DNA of 59,749 nucleotides, counting the filler, from Nemertoderma westbladi (lineage: Eukaryota > Animalia > Xenacoelomorpha), in assembly GCA_032718475.1 (NCBI GenBank). It is 3 parts of 3 records of this genome, joined end to end, with 100 filler letters (N's around TTAATTAATTAA, not from the genome) between each part and the next. Parts side by side here need not be neighbours in the genome. Positions count along the whole stretch, not along the records: positions 23,606 to 50,741 come from JAUCBJ010003841.1; positions 50,842 to 59,749 come from JAUCBJ010003307.1; 1 more part is not named here. One strand, given 5' to 3'. This document shows positions 48,401 through 59,749 of the stretch, one piece after another (within the stretch, counting starts at the first letter, position 1; every line of letters starts with the position of its first letter). Under the pieces are notes generated by a model, which was not told the origin of the DNA, searched no databases, and saw nothing but the letters and a program-made list of their open reading frames with translations. Made by a program: the position numbers and the translations under genes.

Positions 48401-49754
48401 CACTATTTGCCTTTTTAGGTTATAATGGAAAGAAAAGTTCTTGTGAGAAAAGAAAAAGAATTCAGGGAAGTAAAAGATGAAGACCTAATTTACTTGAAAG
48501 ATTCACCGAGTTACTGCGATTCCGATAATGTGGAAATCAAAGGGACAAAGGTTTGTAGGGCACAGTAGTTTTATCGGACCGGTTCCCTTTACAGGCAGGC
48601 CTACTGTACAGTAGTTTTATCGGACCGGTTCCCTTTACAGACAGGCCTACAGTACAGTAGTTTTATCGGACCGGTTCCCTTTACAGACAGGCCTACAGTA
48701 CAGTAGTTTTATCGGACCGGTTCCCTTTACAGCTGTACAGGCAGTCCTACAATACATAAGTTTTATCGGACCGGTTCCCTTTACAGACAGGCCTACAGTA
48801 CAGTAGTTTTATCGAACCGGTTCCCTTTACAGACAGGCATACAGTACAGTAGTTTTATCGGACCGGTTCCCTTCACAGACAGGCCTACAGTACAGTAGTT
48901 TTATCGGACCGGTTCCCTTTACAGACATGCCTACAGTACAGTAGTTTTATCAGACCGGTTCCCTTTACAGACAGGCCTACAGTACAGTAGTTTTATCGGA
49001 CCGGTTCCCTTCACAGGCAGGCCTACAGTACAGTAGTTTTATCGTACCTGTTTCCTTTACGGGTAGGCCTACAGTACAGTAGTTTTATCGGACCGGTTCC
49101 CTTTACAGGCAAGCCTACAGTACAGTACTGTAGTTTTATCGTACCTGTTTCCTTTACGGGTAAGCCTACTACCGGTTCCCTTTTTTTCCCCGGTCTTTTG
49201 AGAGTTTGATGTTTGTTTTATAATGATTTGATCTTCCTTATTCGAAGGTTTAATTAGTAATAAATGTAAATGGGCAGATTAGTGGCATGATATCCTAATT
49301 TAGTAAATTAATAAAGGTTACTTTCATTTTTGCCGGTAATCAGCTGGAAATTAATTGATTGCGCAGTGTGTTTAATAAGAGTTCTAAAATTATTTTATAC
49401 TGTACGGTAGTACTGTAGATTGTTCTTTGGTTTATCAATAACGCTACTGTAGTTTGACCTCCTTATGATTTACATTTACTGAGGTTCGACGTTATGATAA
49501 ATAGCAGCGGGTTTGATCCTATATTTTTGATATATTATACCTATTAATAATTATGAGTTTGATTTTTGTTTCAGGGCCGGGAATGCGTTGCGAACACAAT
49601 AGGTACGGAAGGCTGCGCGCTCCTGTGCTGCGATCGAGGATTTTTGGAAAAAATAGTTACAGTCGAGGAGAAATGTAACTGCGTATTTAAATGGTGTTGT
49701 CAGGTTGTTTGCGATACTTGTAGATACACGGAAACGCGAGCCTACTGCACCTGA
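42471..49754 (+). CDS. wnt5: Wnt family ligand, Wnt5-like, 404 aa, 7 coding exons
   Basis: Exons 42471-42676, 43623-43882, 44807-44940, 46092-46253, 48017-48157, 48419-48550 and 49575-49754 are all GT-AG and phase-compatible (1215 nt). Signal peptide plus [44 protein letters not shown] (lipidated Ser) and [16 protein letters not shown]. The CGDN motif and APKEL linker resemble Wnt5. Wnt identity is secure, the subfamily less so. Confidence 0.9.
45215..45375 (+). mobile_element. RTE LINE fragment in Wnt intron 3
   Basis: Nucleotide similarity to ~56030-56178 (AAGGCATGG...CCGATTATT.AGAGCAGCAGTAGTTCCAGTACTC). Confidence 0.75.
46281..47580. repeat. 34-bp minisatellite in Wnt intron 4, ~38 copies
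   Basis: Unit GGTAAATGTAAGCCGGTTTACTGCTCCTTACTAC. Confidence 0.97.
48562..49182. repeat. 46-bp minisatellite in Wnt intron 6, ~13 copies
   Basis: Unit ACAGTAGTTTTATCGGACCGGTTCCCTTTACAGACAGGCCTACAGT. Confidence 0.95.
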
Positions 49755-50152
49755 AAGAAACAAACAAAACCTTTGCAATTATATTTCCCACCGTTCACAT
49801 CTATTTTATTTTACTGTATTTAAAATACTTATTAAGACTTTTGATCAACTTTACTATATACAGTAGTCTCGTTTTTACCCATGTATAATGTAATATTTAT
49901 ATATGTAATTTATCTAGCGCATTACTTTCATAGCTAGAATCAGGCAGTATAATTATGAGTCAGGATGTATGTACCGGTACCAGTTATTTACTATACTGTA
50001 CATACAGTCTAGCTATGAACCTACATACGTACTTGTGAATAATGAATCATATATTATGTATAAGATGTATGACATACATTTAGTATCAATATTTAATAAT
50101 TTAATACGAGTTATAATACTGGTAGTTTTAAATTATTTTTGCCATGCTGAAT

Positions 50153-50741
50153 TATTTCGATTGGTATTATTAATTATTGATCGATTTAAATAATGTTTCA
50201 AAACTGCATTATTTTGCTTAATATTATTGGTTGATTTATATATAACATGTCTGTTGAATTATTTCAACCGATAATAATTATAGTCCATTTTAAATAAATC
50301 AGCTGATAACCTGCTGATCTTCATTTAACACTTACTGTAGGCCTACTGTATGCGGTACTGCACTACCAGCTATTCCTGAAGGTTCTAGTACTGCAAGGCC
50401 GACAACAGTAGGGTGGTACTGTTGTACCAGTATACTGCTGTACTGCATGTGTATGCATACTGCAGTACTGGTACAGTGGTACCGGTACGGTAAGTGAAGC
50501 ATGTAGAAGACCATGATAGAAGCGAATCCTCACGATATCAGATGGTAACAAGCTGATCTATTTAAAACTACCTGTAATTATTGGTTGAAATATTTCAAAT
50601 GTCTATTTAAAACGAGCAATAATATAAAGTAAAATAATTCAACAGACAACATGTTTTAAATCAACCAATAATGGTAAGCAAAATATTACAGTTTTGAAAC
50701 ATTATTTAAATCGAAATCGACCAATAATATCAATCGAAATA
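50153..50741. mobile_element. MITE-like element with long imperfect inverted repeats, right end cut by the gap
   Basis: 50153-50265 is the imperfect reverse complement of ~50632-50741 (e.g. CGATTTAAATAATGTTTCAAAACTG / CAGTTTTGAAACATTATTTAAATCG). Confidence 0.75.
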
Positions 50742-50841
50742 NNNNNNNNNNNNNNNNNNNNNNNNNNNNNNNNNNNNNNNNNNNNTTAATTAATTAANNN
50801 NNNNNNNNNNNNNNNNNNNNNNNNNNNNNNNNNNNNNNNNN
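50742..50841. other. Assembly gap with artificial TTAATTAATTAA linker
   Basis: 100 bp of N with a central linker. Confidence 0.95.
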
Positions 50842-51993
50842 TACCCCTGCAGCCAAGCATATGGGACCAAGGGCGACCCTATCCCATAACGAAGGGGGTC
50901 CTAGTTACAGGACCAGATTATGCCTTTAGTAAGAGGATCTATGCAGTCACTGGTGGCACCTCCTTTATGCTGCACGGAGGTGGCAAGTTTTCTGGATCAA
51001 TGATCCAGAATACAGTACCTGACATGACCTGAAAAGGTCAAGCCCAAGACTTAAGATGTGAAAGTACTTAGTTTAGAACCAACTTACAGGCGTTGCAAAA
51101 TTATACAATATCTTCGCTTATCGTTCATCGCCACCCTGTGCAGCTCGAGCACGGAAATGTTGTGACTCACGGTTCTCCGTTTTTCCACATTTTTCCTGTG
51201 TCAATTAAATTGCATTTATTTGTTGTTTAAGTTATTCAACCACAACTCATTCCAAGTTCCGCTAGAGTATAATTCCACCGACCCTCTGAGTTAAGATAAT
51301 AACTATTTACATACTTGTGTGTAAAGTAGCAGTTTACAGTGTGATGATCCGAGTGATTTGTTACACGAACGAACGTTAGTGAGTGAGTGAAAATAAAGCC
51401 ACGAGGATCAGAACACACTGTAAAGTACTTTGGAACAAGTATGTATGTAGTTTTATTCCAAAATTGTAACATTACGAAATGATTGCATTGCATATATATT
51501 ATAAGTGATAGAAACTGTACAAATTATATATTAGTTGCTGTATAAATAAATGTAAAAATGACATAAATTATGTTATAAATAAGTTAGCTTGGTTGGCTTG
51601 TTAGTTGGCGTTTTGGAGCCATGTTAATAGTTTATAGCTACTGATTATTAATAGCTATACCCCGCCTACCGGTAGGTAATACAGTAGGCCTATCTGGCTG
51701 TCAGGCAAATACCACCTATTGTTTACATGGTAACCAATGACGGCGTGTTGTAATGTCCGCTAAGGGGACCTTACTTAACCATTAACACCAAATACAATAC
51801 TAATACTGATACAATGCTGTAATGTTCTCATAATGTTGTAAAGTGCTAAATAACAACTCGCTGTTAATACTAACGGCGTTGGGTAATGTTACAATTTTGG
51901 AATAAAAATAATTTCCATTAGATTGATACTCAATAAAATATATGGGCTTACTGTAAGACAATAAACAAACTAAAGTATTGTATTATGGTGTTA

Positions 51994-52725
51994 CTACTGT
52001 ATTTCACTGAAAGATGATTTTGCTGTTACAAAAGAGGAGGGAGGGTCACTTTCCACACCTCCCCCTTTGTTATTTACAACAAACGTATTGTATCTGAATA
52101 GAGGAGTTTCGTCCTGGTAGGTGGTCGCTGACTCAACGTTCTTCCTAACCGGGTGGAATTCTTCTGAGGAATCGGACTTTCGGTGGGTATGCTGCTTCAA
52201 AGTGTGTTCATCGTATTCGTTCTTAATATCAGAGTATTCTTTGTCCAACTCCAACATCCTAACTCGTTGTGGGTATGTAGAAATAACCACATATAAGATA
52301 AATAAAATGTGAAAACCAATCAGTGTACCGAGACACAAATAAATTGCGTTGTCTTCAATTACCTCACCCATGTTAGATGCCACAAACGAGAAAATAAATA
52401 CAACTAGAATCACGTAACATATTGATATCAATATGTATTTATCGAGAAAGGTGAGGTAACTTATGCGGGGAGTGGCTGAAGATGATGTTAGCTTAAAAGC
52501 TATCGACGATAACACGAGGTAAAGAGACACCGATAGTCTGGAGGTGAAGTCCACAGTGGGAATAGAGCACAACGTCAGCGTTAGAAAGTTGATAATAAAT
52601 ATGAATATCGCAATATTCCAGACATAGAAACCCCATTTACGTTTTACTCGGATGATGGCTGTCAGCTCCGCATTTCCGGTACCAGGTTTCCAATCTTCAG
52701 TCACGTCATATCGTCCCTCTTTTAG
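51994..52725 (-). CDS. Last coding exon of a pentameric ligand-gated ion channel subunit (TM1-TM4)
   Basis: An acceptor TTTTCAG precedes 52725 in phase 0. Pre-M1 RVKRKWGFYVWNI, M2 RLSVSLYLVLSSIAFK and M2-M3 PRISYLTFLDKY are present, with four hydrophobic segments. Upstream exons were not confidently located. Confidence 0.8.
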   Translation of the reverse strand, partial: LKEGRYDVTEDWKPGTGNAELTAIIRVKRKWGFYVWNIAIFIFIINFLTLTLCSIPTVDFTSRLSVSLYLVLSSIAFKLTSSSATPRISYLTFLDKYILISICYVILVVFIFSFVASNMGEVIEDNAIYLCLGTLIGFHILFILYVVISTYPQRVRMLELDKEYSDIKNEYDEHTLKQHTHRKSDSSEEFHPVRKNVESATTYQDETPLFRYNTFVVNNKGGGVESDPPSSFVTAKSSFSEIQ

Positions 52726-55517
52726 CTGAAAATATTAATAAATAAAGATTTAGAAACGGCACCATGGGAGTAACCAACTGGCTTTCACACTTTGACACAA
52801 TAAAATATACTTTATTACAGTGTAGCATAACTTTCTGGAAAATACACAACGCAATGAAAATTGGCGCAATGGCAATTACTCATATTGTATTTTTTTAATT
52901 TCGCGTTGTTTAAATACATTATGACGGACCCAAGTTGGAAATCCTTATTTCTCATAGGTGTTTGTGTGTTTGTGTGTTTGTGTGTTTGTTTGTTTGTACA
53001 CACAACATCTTGCACTTAATGTTCATGGAATTAGGTGAAACTTTGATGATAGGTTTATTATCGGACCTAGTGTATATGCAAGGTTTTGGTTGCGAGGGAC
53101 CTGTTGGTTGCCTACCAAAGCAACAGTGAAATTATTTCTACAGTAGAATGACCAATAATAATTGTAGAATTCACTCATCACTCAATCAAAATTATGTCGA
53201 CACCCCATATGGCGCATCTATTGGACATACTTTCTGTAAAATTTCGTTTAGAATTGTGGGAGAAGATACATTTCCTACAAACATTGTCTTTTTTAACAAA
53301 CAATTATTGTACAGGCGGCACTTTGCCCAATGTTTTGTTTCCTGCATAGGCGCGTAATTTATTACAACAATATTGATAGCAATGGATCCGTCCATTATTG
53401 CCAGCTCTCGGCTGGCAAGCTTGTTTTTTAATAATGCTGTTATTACAGCGTCGGTGTACAGATTACAGTAACAGAATACAGATTAAAAAATGAAACTGTA
53501 ACCTTACGTACAGTAGAAATAAATGTCCTGTCTTATTCCACACCTCATTATGGCGTGGAAATGTTAATTAAGTTGAAGTAAAGTAAACGATAAATTAAAC
53601 GTAATAGGTTAGATTAATTAATATATTTACCCACTGTAGCTGTCAAGAATATCCCCTGCAGTTGGTTTGAAGTTATTAGAGTCATTTATTGCCAAACAAG
53701 GTCGTTTTTTGGCGTTAAAGTTTTAGGGAGGGGCGGTTGAGAATGATTAGGTATGTAACTTGTCAACTTACAAACAACACGTTCGTGGGGCGTCGCGCAG
53801 CACGCGAACTTGAGCAAGTTCGAAACAAGTTCGATTTGATCTGGAGTCAAAATTTCGAGAGGTATTTGCCCGTAACTTTCAAAAAAATTGGAACTTTTTC
53901 TCTAGTATGCCCATACACAATTTTATTTAAAATGGTTAAAACCTTCAAGTTATTTACGAATGAATTTTTCTTTACAGACAGACAGACGGACATAAAATTT
54001 TGCCCTATTTACTAATTAAAATTGTACGCTAAGGCTCGCCCTGACTGCATGGCTCGCCCCACTCCCAGGAGGGGTTCAAGGTAGATAGATTTACGTCGGG
54101 TTGTTAGGTAGGGTTAAAGGGTTGTGTACTCTCTACTCAATTATTATTAAACCCTCAGTGGCAGTCTAATATTACGTCTCCCACGGGATACTGCCATAAG
54201 TCCACCCGTTCCCATATTACTTGCTGTCACTTGATAGACACTAGGCCTACCACAATTCTATAGAAACAGAAATCACACCTTGATTACCAAAAGATAGACT
54301 GTAACATTGCCAATACTAACTAACTCAGCGCACGAACACACCATAGTCACGACACGATAAACACGGATTTTCGATGGAGCTATCGGTTTAACCATAGAAT
54401 AAACGGATACGATGATATACATGGGAGGGACTTACAACAAGGTCAAACGATTACTACAACTCAGATCATTAACTAATGTACAGACTCATACGACCACACA
54501 TGTTTATAGACTTTGGAAGATGTTATCCAAACCAATTAGGAGAATGATTACACCTTAGTTAGCTGCCAGAGAGCCATCATCTCAAGCATATGCTTTCTCG
54601 GTTGGGGCTCTTGTAACTAAACTAACTAAAGTTTATAATCTTCTTAAAGAATTCCGCAAAGAACATTTCAGAATAATTGTAAAGATTATTACGGTATGGA
54701 CGGACATACTGTACTGTAGGTAATAATGGGTAATAATAATATGATTCAATGTTTTCCGATAAGTAATTATTTTAGTTTAGTAGTACAACAATACAGTAAC
54801 TGATTATTGAGAAAATCAAACGAATGTTATTAATTATATTGGTAGATAGATAGATTTATTTATACATTATGTAAAAACAATAACAAATACACCAAACAAT
54901 GTACCGGTATAAAGGTATTGTCCAACATAACATATAGGATTACCCCTAAAGCTTAGCAGCTTATTTCCAAGGGGGTCCTTTATGTTACTTGGTTACAAAT
55001 ACAATATTACACTACGCTAACCTAAAACCAATATAAAACGTAATGACACTATGTACATGTACAACTTTACCGAGAGCGAGAGACCGTAAACAGTACATTT
55101 GTAAACTAAATTTAATGAAACAGCTTGAAATAACTTAATAATTATATAGTAAAAACAGCATATTATTAAACGATAAAACAAGGGGGTGGTGGGACAGAAA
55201 TAATGGTTGATTAAGGTAAACTTTTGCTTCCGGCATTAATTTATATTGAGTGAAAATATGATATTAAATATTAGATAAAACAAATACTAGCTTTTAAACT
55301 ATATTGGGTAATGGTAATTTGTTTTGTTTTACTTAATTGTTTGTTTTTGTATCTTTGAAAACCTAAACCCAAACTTATATTGTATTACTTAGGCCTATAG
55401 AGAAAAATTTTTCTTTTTTTTTTGAATTTTGAATTCATAGTAGTCGGGAAAGTCACGCAAATAACATTAGGCCTACATTCAACAAAGTAAACTGTAACCT
55501 GTGCTACTGACTTTCGT

Positions 55518-56570
55518 TTATTGCAGCAATCAGATCAGTATACGATGGTTCGACAACATTTGTGTCTACTGTTGACGGTGACACAGAACCATTTGAAGTG
55601 TTATGGGGCGTCCTCCAAGGAGACACACTTGCACCATTCTTGTTCATTATTGTGGTTGACTATGTTCTACGCATGTCCTTAGATCATCATAATGATGATG
55701 GGGTGATGATAACTCCACCTACTGGCTCCAGAAGTCGAGGAAATCCTGCCAAGTACCTAACTGATCTAAACTTTGCTGATGACTTAGGAGTACTCTCAGA
55801 ATCATTAGAGGGAGCCCAACGGCTCCTCAGCTCATTAGAACATGTTGCTTCTAGTGTTGGTCTTTTTATTAACTCCAGAAAGACCAAAATTTTGACAGTT
55901 AACTTTGAAAGTCCTCAGCAAGTCTCTGATCGGATGAGCATAAGCTCAAAGGATGGTATGCTTGAGCATGTGGACGACTTCCGTTACCTGGGATCATGGA
56001 TCCGGAAGTCAGGTGAGGACCTTCGAATACGTAAGGAAAAGGCATGGGCAGCCTTGAATAGGCTTTCCAGGATTTGGAAGTCACCTAGAATTAATCGGAA
56101 ACTTAAGGTCCGATTATTTAGAGCAGCAGTAGTTCCAGTACTCCTCTACGGGAGTCCATGCTGGGCTCTAACTGCTGAGGACACCAAATCTCTGGATGGC
56201 ACATTCACAAGAATGCTACGCCGGGTACATTGTGTCAAGTACAATGCACACATCTCCAACCAGACACTATATAACATTGGAGGTGTCTCATTGGTTCCCC
56301 CAAGCTTGACACTAGAACAAAATCGCCTCCGCTTTGCAGGACATTGCTTTCGCCGTGAGGACCAGCCAGTGCATAATCTTGTACTTTGGCAGCCTCATGG
56401 AGTGAATAAGCATGGTGGACAGCCCATGACTTTCTTGAGACGCATCTTAAAGGACACTGGCCTTAAAGATGCGGATGATCTAGCAAATGTCATGGGTGAT
56501 AGGGAGTTGTGGCGGTGCAATTTTGTTGACAAGCCGGCACAGCATTCTTAATTAATTAATTAATTAATTA
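55518..56570 (+). mobile_element. 5'-truncated RTE-clade LINE (RT domain to 3' end, (TTAA)n tail)
   Basis: GVLQGDTLAPFLF, FADDL, FRYLGS and RLRFAGHCFR motifs; the stop is followed by a TTAA repeat tail. Confidence 0.92.
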
Positions 56571-56931
56571 CGCAATACATAGGAAACAACTGGGTATTAT
56601 GGTATTTATTGCATTACAATGGGAGAGTAAATATAATGGAATGTCCATAATCCCACTATAGTTAGTATAAGTTAATTTTCCATTTACGTCATTATAAAAA
56701 AATATCCCAGTGTTTAAATAGTGAGAGAAGGTTTATTTATAATATTATCTGCATTAAGTAACTTTGAAGCATAGTAGGAATATTATGCAAATTCAGATAA
56801 AGGGGGCTTTCGATAAGCCCCCGTCCAGGCCGATGTCGCAGTAAAATACCTTTTTTTAGTATTACACAAATATCTGGAAAAATCACAAAGTAAATTATTT
56901 CTTGTAAATGAATTAAAATATACTAATTTAA

Positions 56932-58482
56932 ATGGAGATTAAATTGCTTATAATTTATACAGTAGTCGCTATGGAATGTGTTGCCACTAGCAACATAAAC
57001 AGCAAGGAATCAACTGGCAAATATTGGCGGGAAGAAGGCCAAAAGCTACTAGAACGCCACCTATCGGATGTTCCAGTAAATACCAACTTAGCGCGGAACA
57101 TTATTTTATTCGTAGGGGACGGGTTCGGCGTTTCTACGGCAACCGCAGGTCGAATATTAAAGGGACAAAAACTCGGCCAGCCAGGAGAAGAAAGCCAACT
57201 AATTTTCGAAAAGTTTCCTTGGACTGTGGCTCTGGCTAAAACATACAGCATAGACTTTATGATACCTGATTCGGCTTCAACTGCAACCGCCTTATTCTGC
57301 GGTGTCAAAAACAACGACGGAGTTATGGGATACGATGCTCGCGTGAAAAGGGGACAATGCGCGGACAATCGTGAAGATTTTGAGGTAACGTCTTTGCTGA
57401 AAAAGGCGTCGCAAAGAGGTAAACGAACCGGGGTTGTTACCAATACACGGATAACACACGCCACTCCAGCGGGACTGTATGCAAACATACCGGATAGGAA
57501 CTGGGAGGCAGACAGTGATATACCTAAAGGAGCTGAAGATTGTCGGGATATAGCCAAACAATTAGTGGAGGATCACGAATACATCAACGTGCTGCTAGGG
57601 GGCGGTCGCAGGAACTTCAGATCAGAGCCGGAAGGAAGGCGAACCGATGGGATGAACCTGGTGGATCTCTGGTTGAATAAACACACCAATCGATCAGCTT
57701 ACGTCGAAACATCCGACCAACTATCCGCAGTAGACACCTCCAAAACCGACTACCTACTTGGTCTCTTCACAGAATCGCATCTAACCTACACCACAGAGAA
57801 AACGCCGGAAAACACAGAACCGACCCTGAATGACCTGACGCGGAGCGCTATAGAGATTTTATCAAAGGGAGACGACGGATTTTTTCTGATGATCGAAAAT
57901 GGGTTGATAGATTTGGCACATCATGATGGCATCGCTAACAGAGCGATCCACGAAGTTCTGGAATTCGACAAGGTTGTAGAAACTGCGTTCGCAATGGTGG
58001 ATCCTGAGGATACATTACTCATAGTGACCGCAGATCACTCGCACACTTTCAGTATCTCGGCTCCAACCGCCCGAGGTAACCCCTTGTTCAACGTGGCTAC
58101 GGAACTCAGTGATACCGACAGTAAGACTTACACGACACTCCTTTATGCTACTGGACCCGGGTACGTACCCACTAATGATAGAGCCAACGTGACCAGCGAA
58201 GAGACCAGCAAAAAAGATTACATACAGAGAGCGGCGGTTCCATATTCATACGAACGCCATGCTGGAGAGGATGTAGCTGTTTGGTCTCTTGGTCCTTACT
58301 CCCATCTCCTGGATGGAGTCGTCGAACAAACGCACATTTCTCATGTCGCTGAATTCGCTATGTGCATCGGCGACTACTTCGATAAATGTGTGGAAATGGG
58401 TCGGACAACTGGTGGATCTCCTGGGATTTCCGTTAATTCAGGACTCATTGTTACTATTCTCGTCGCATCTATATTTTGTTAG
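56932..58482 (+). CDS. alp: Alkaline phosphatase, 516 aa, single exon, predicted secreted and GPI-anchored
   Basis: IILFVGDG, PDSASTATA (catalytic Ser), THATPA, IDLAHH, TADHSH and HAGEDV metal/active-site motifs; hydrophobic N- and C-termini. Confidence 0.95.
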   Translation: MEIKLLIIYTVVAMECVATSNINSKESTGKYWREEGQKLLERHLSDVPVNTNLARNIILFVGDGFGVSTATAGRILKGQKLGQPGEESQLIFEKFPWTVALAKTYSIDFMIPDSASTATALFCGVKNNDGVMGYDARVKRGQCADNREDFEVTSLLKKASQRGKRTGVVTNTRITHATPAGLYANIPDRNWEADSDIPKGAEDCRDIAKQLVEDHEYINVLLGGGRRNFRSEPEGRRTDGMNLVDLWLNKHTNRSAYVETSDQLSAVDTSKTDYLLGLFTESHLTYTTEKTPENTEPTLNDLTRSAIEILSKGDDGFFLMIENGLIDLAHHDGIANRAIHEVLEFDKVVETAFAMVDPEDTLLIVTADHSHTFSISAPTARGNPLFNVATELSDTDSKTYTTLLYATGPGYVPTNDRANVTSEETSKKDYIQRAAVPYSYERHAGEDVAVWSLGPYSHLLDGVVEQTHISHVAEFAMCIGDYFDKCVEMGRTTGGSPGISVNSGLIVTILVASIFC

Positions 58483-58588
58483 ATAAATAACATAATATAC
58501 CATTCTGTACATATTTAGTGTATATACTATATCCCTCAAAATGATGCTGTAATGTATGATACAGAGCTACACGGTTCATTAGGTACAG

Positions 58589-58611
58589 TAAGGACTACTT
58601 TAGCCAGCTAG

Positions 58612-58646
<35 letters not shown>

Positions 58647-58912
58647 TCGACGCAATAAAAAAAAATTAATCCATCTTCAGGGGAGATTCGACCCAACTAA
58701 AAGCTGATTATTCACAAAAATAAAACTGTACCCTATTCTATTGTGTATAGTTTATTGTTTTGGTTAGAATAACGTGCCACTGTTACCTACTCCTTTCCCT
58801 AAATGCAGAATTTAACATTGAGTCGTGATATTAATTCGCCAAGATGGGATTTGCGTCCAATCCCCCCCCCCCCCACCCCCCCCCCCTGTCTCACTCTAGT
58901 TGAGTAGTCCTT
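58589..58912. mobile_element. MITE-like element with poly-G / poly-C arms
   Basis: Termini AAGGACTACT / AGTAGTCCTT; inner GACGCAA / TTGCGTC; a G-run on the left arm and a C-run on the right. Confidence 0.6.
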
Positions 58913-59152
58913 GGGAGCAGTAGGCCTACAGTAGTCCTATATCGCAAATACTATCGTATATCATAGTATATCTATCGTACTATCGTATCGTAGTAAATAT
59001 CGCAAATAGGCCTAGAATAGAAGGAACCAACTCATAAAGCATCCTAAATCTGAGCTTAAAACATAGAAATCGTAATAAAAAATTTCTACAGCGTTAATAA
59101 TAACAAATAGTCTTACTTCTTAAAAGTTTGAGTACTTATCATAGTCCGGCAG

Positions 59153-59749
59153 TGTTCGCGCTTTTAGACCTTTAACAGTTTAACCTGCTAATTTATGTGT
59201 CTCCTGAATCGACTATTGCCCTTACCAATTGACATCAGTTGAAACCAATCTATGCGCGGCGTATGACCCACGGTATGGGAGACTGGATTCGGTTCTAGAG
59301 AAAGTTATTGCAGTTTATTTGTATTATTCGATTGATCGCTACTATATAATCTCTGACAACTATAATTACTTTCGGGGAAATATTAACAGTTCCTTTGGGG
59401 CGTGGCGCTTTAAGTATAAAAACAGAGTGTTATGACTTATACTAATCAAAACTAGAGGCAATAGGGTATCGCAAATAGCGCATTCTTTAGGAATGCTTCA
59501 TTAACCTTCACACTAATATCACACTAATACACACTAATGCACACTGATTTGCCGACTGTCACTGATTTGATTATATATAAGGAGGATTGCAACTCACGTA
59601 CGTTGAGATTATGAAATAGCATCTATTTCACACAAAAACCACTATAAATTGAACCACAATTGCTACTAATACACCCTTCTGCTTACCTAAGTAATTAAGA
59701 AGTTGAGGGGGATTTCCGATTATTTATCAGTATTCTCCAAATATATCAT
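59153..59749 (-). mobile_element. LTR, copy F (closest to copy D), running off the window end
   Basis: Highly similar to 19016-19615; begins TGTTCGCGCTTTTAGACC on the + strand. Confidence 0.8.

Noticed and set aside
54555-54620. Possible upstream exon of the ion channel (EPQPRKHMLEMMALWQLTK)
   Set aside because: Weak donor (GTGTAA) and no diagnostic motif; cannot be supported without transcripts.
56955-57557. 200-aa antisense ORF
   Set aside because: Shadow of the alkaline phosphatase coding strand.

Overview
AT-rich, repeat-dense eukaryotic (invertebrate animal-like) genomic window made of three contigs, joined by two artificial 100-bp gaps (23506-23605, 50742-50841). Host genes: a complete 7-exon Wnt5-like gene (42471-49754, +), the terminal TM1-TM4 exon of a pentameric ligand-gated ion channel (51994-52725, -) and an intronless GPI-type alkaline phosphatase (56932-58482, +). 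The first ~40 kb is mostly retroelement debris: BEL/Pao integrase remnants, five copies of a TGT...ACA LTR family (a sixth lies at the window end), RTE and CR1/L2 LINE fragments, a tRNA-headed SINE, foldback elements and satellites. Four unexplained signals stand out. (1) A hammerhead-ribozyme core at 28950-29003 has its GUA cleavage strand inside the stem II loop, and the predicted cut site coincides with the start of a 2.3-kb duplication encoding CCHC zinc knuckles. (2) An array of six covarying kink-turn/UUCG RNA hairpins plus a second repeated motif lies at 23631-24530. (3) Two diverged copies of an unrecognised protein (~720 aa in the first copy) with a Cys/His cluster occupy the env position of BEL/Pao-type LTR elements. 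(4) The 3' part of the LTR family shows covarying RNA structure. All calls were made by eye, and no database search or folding program was run.
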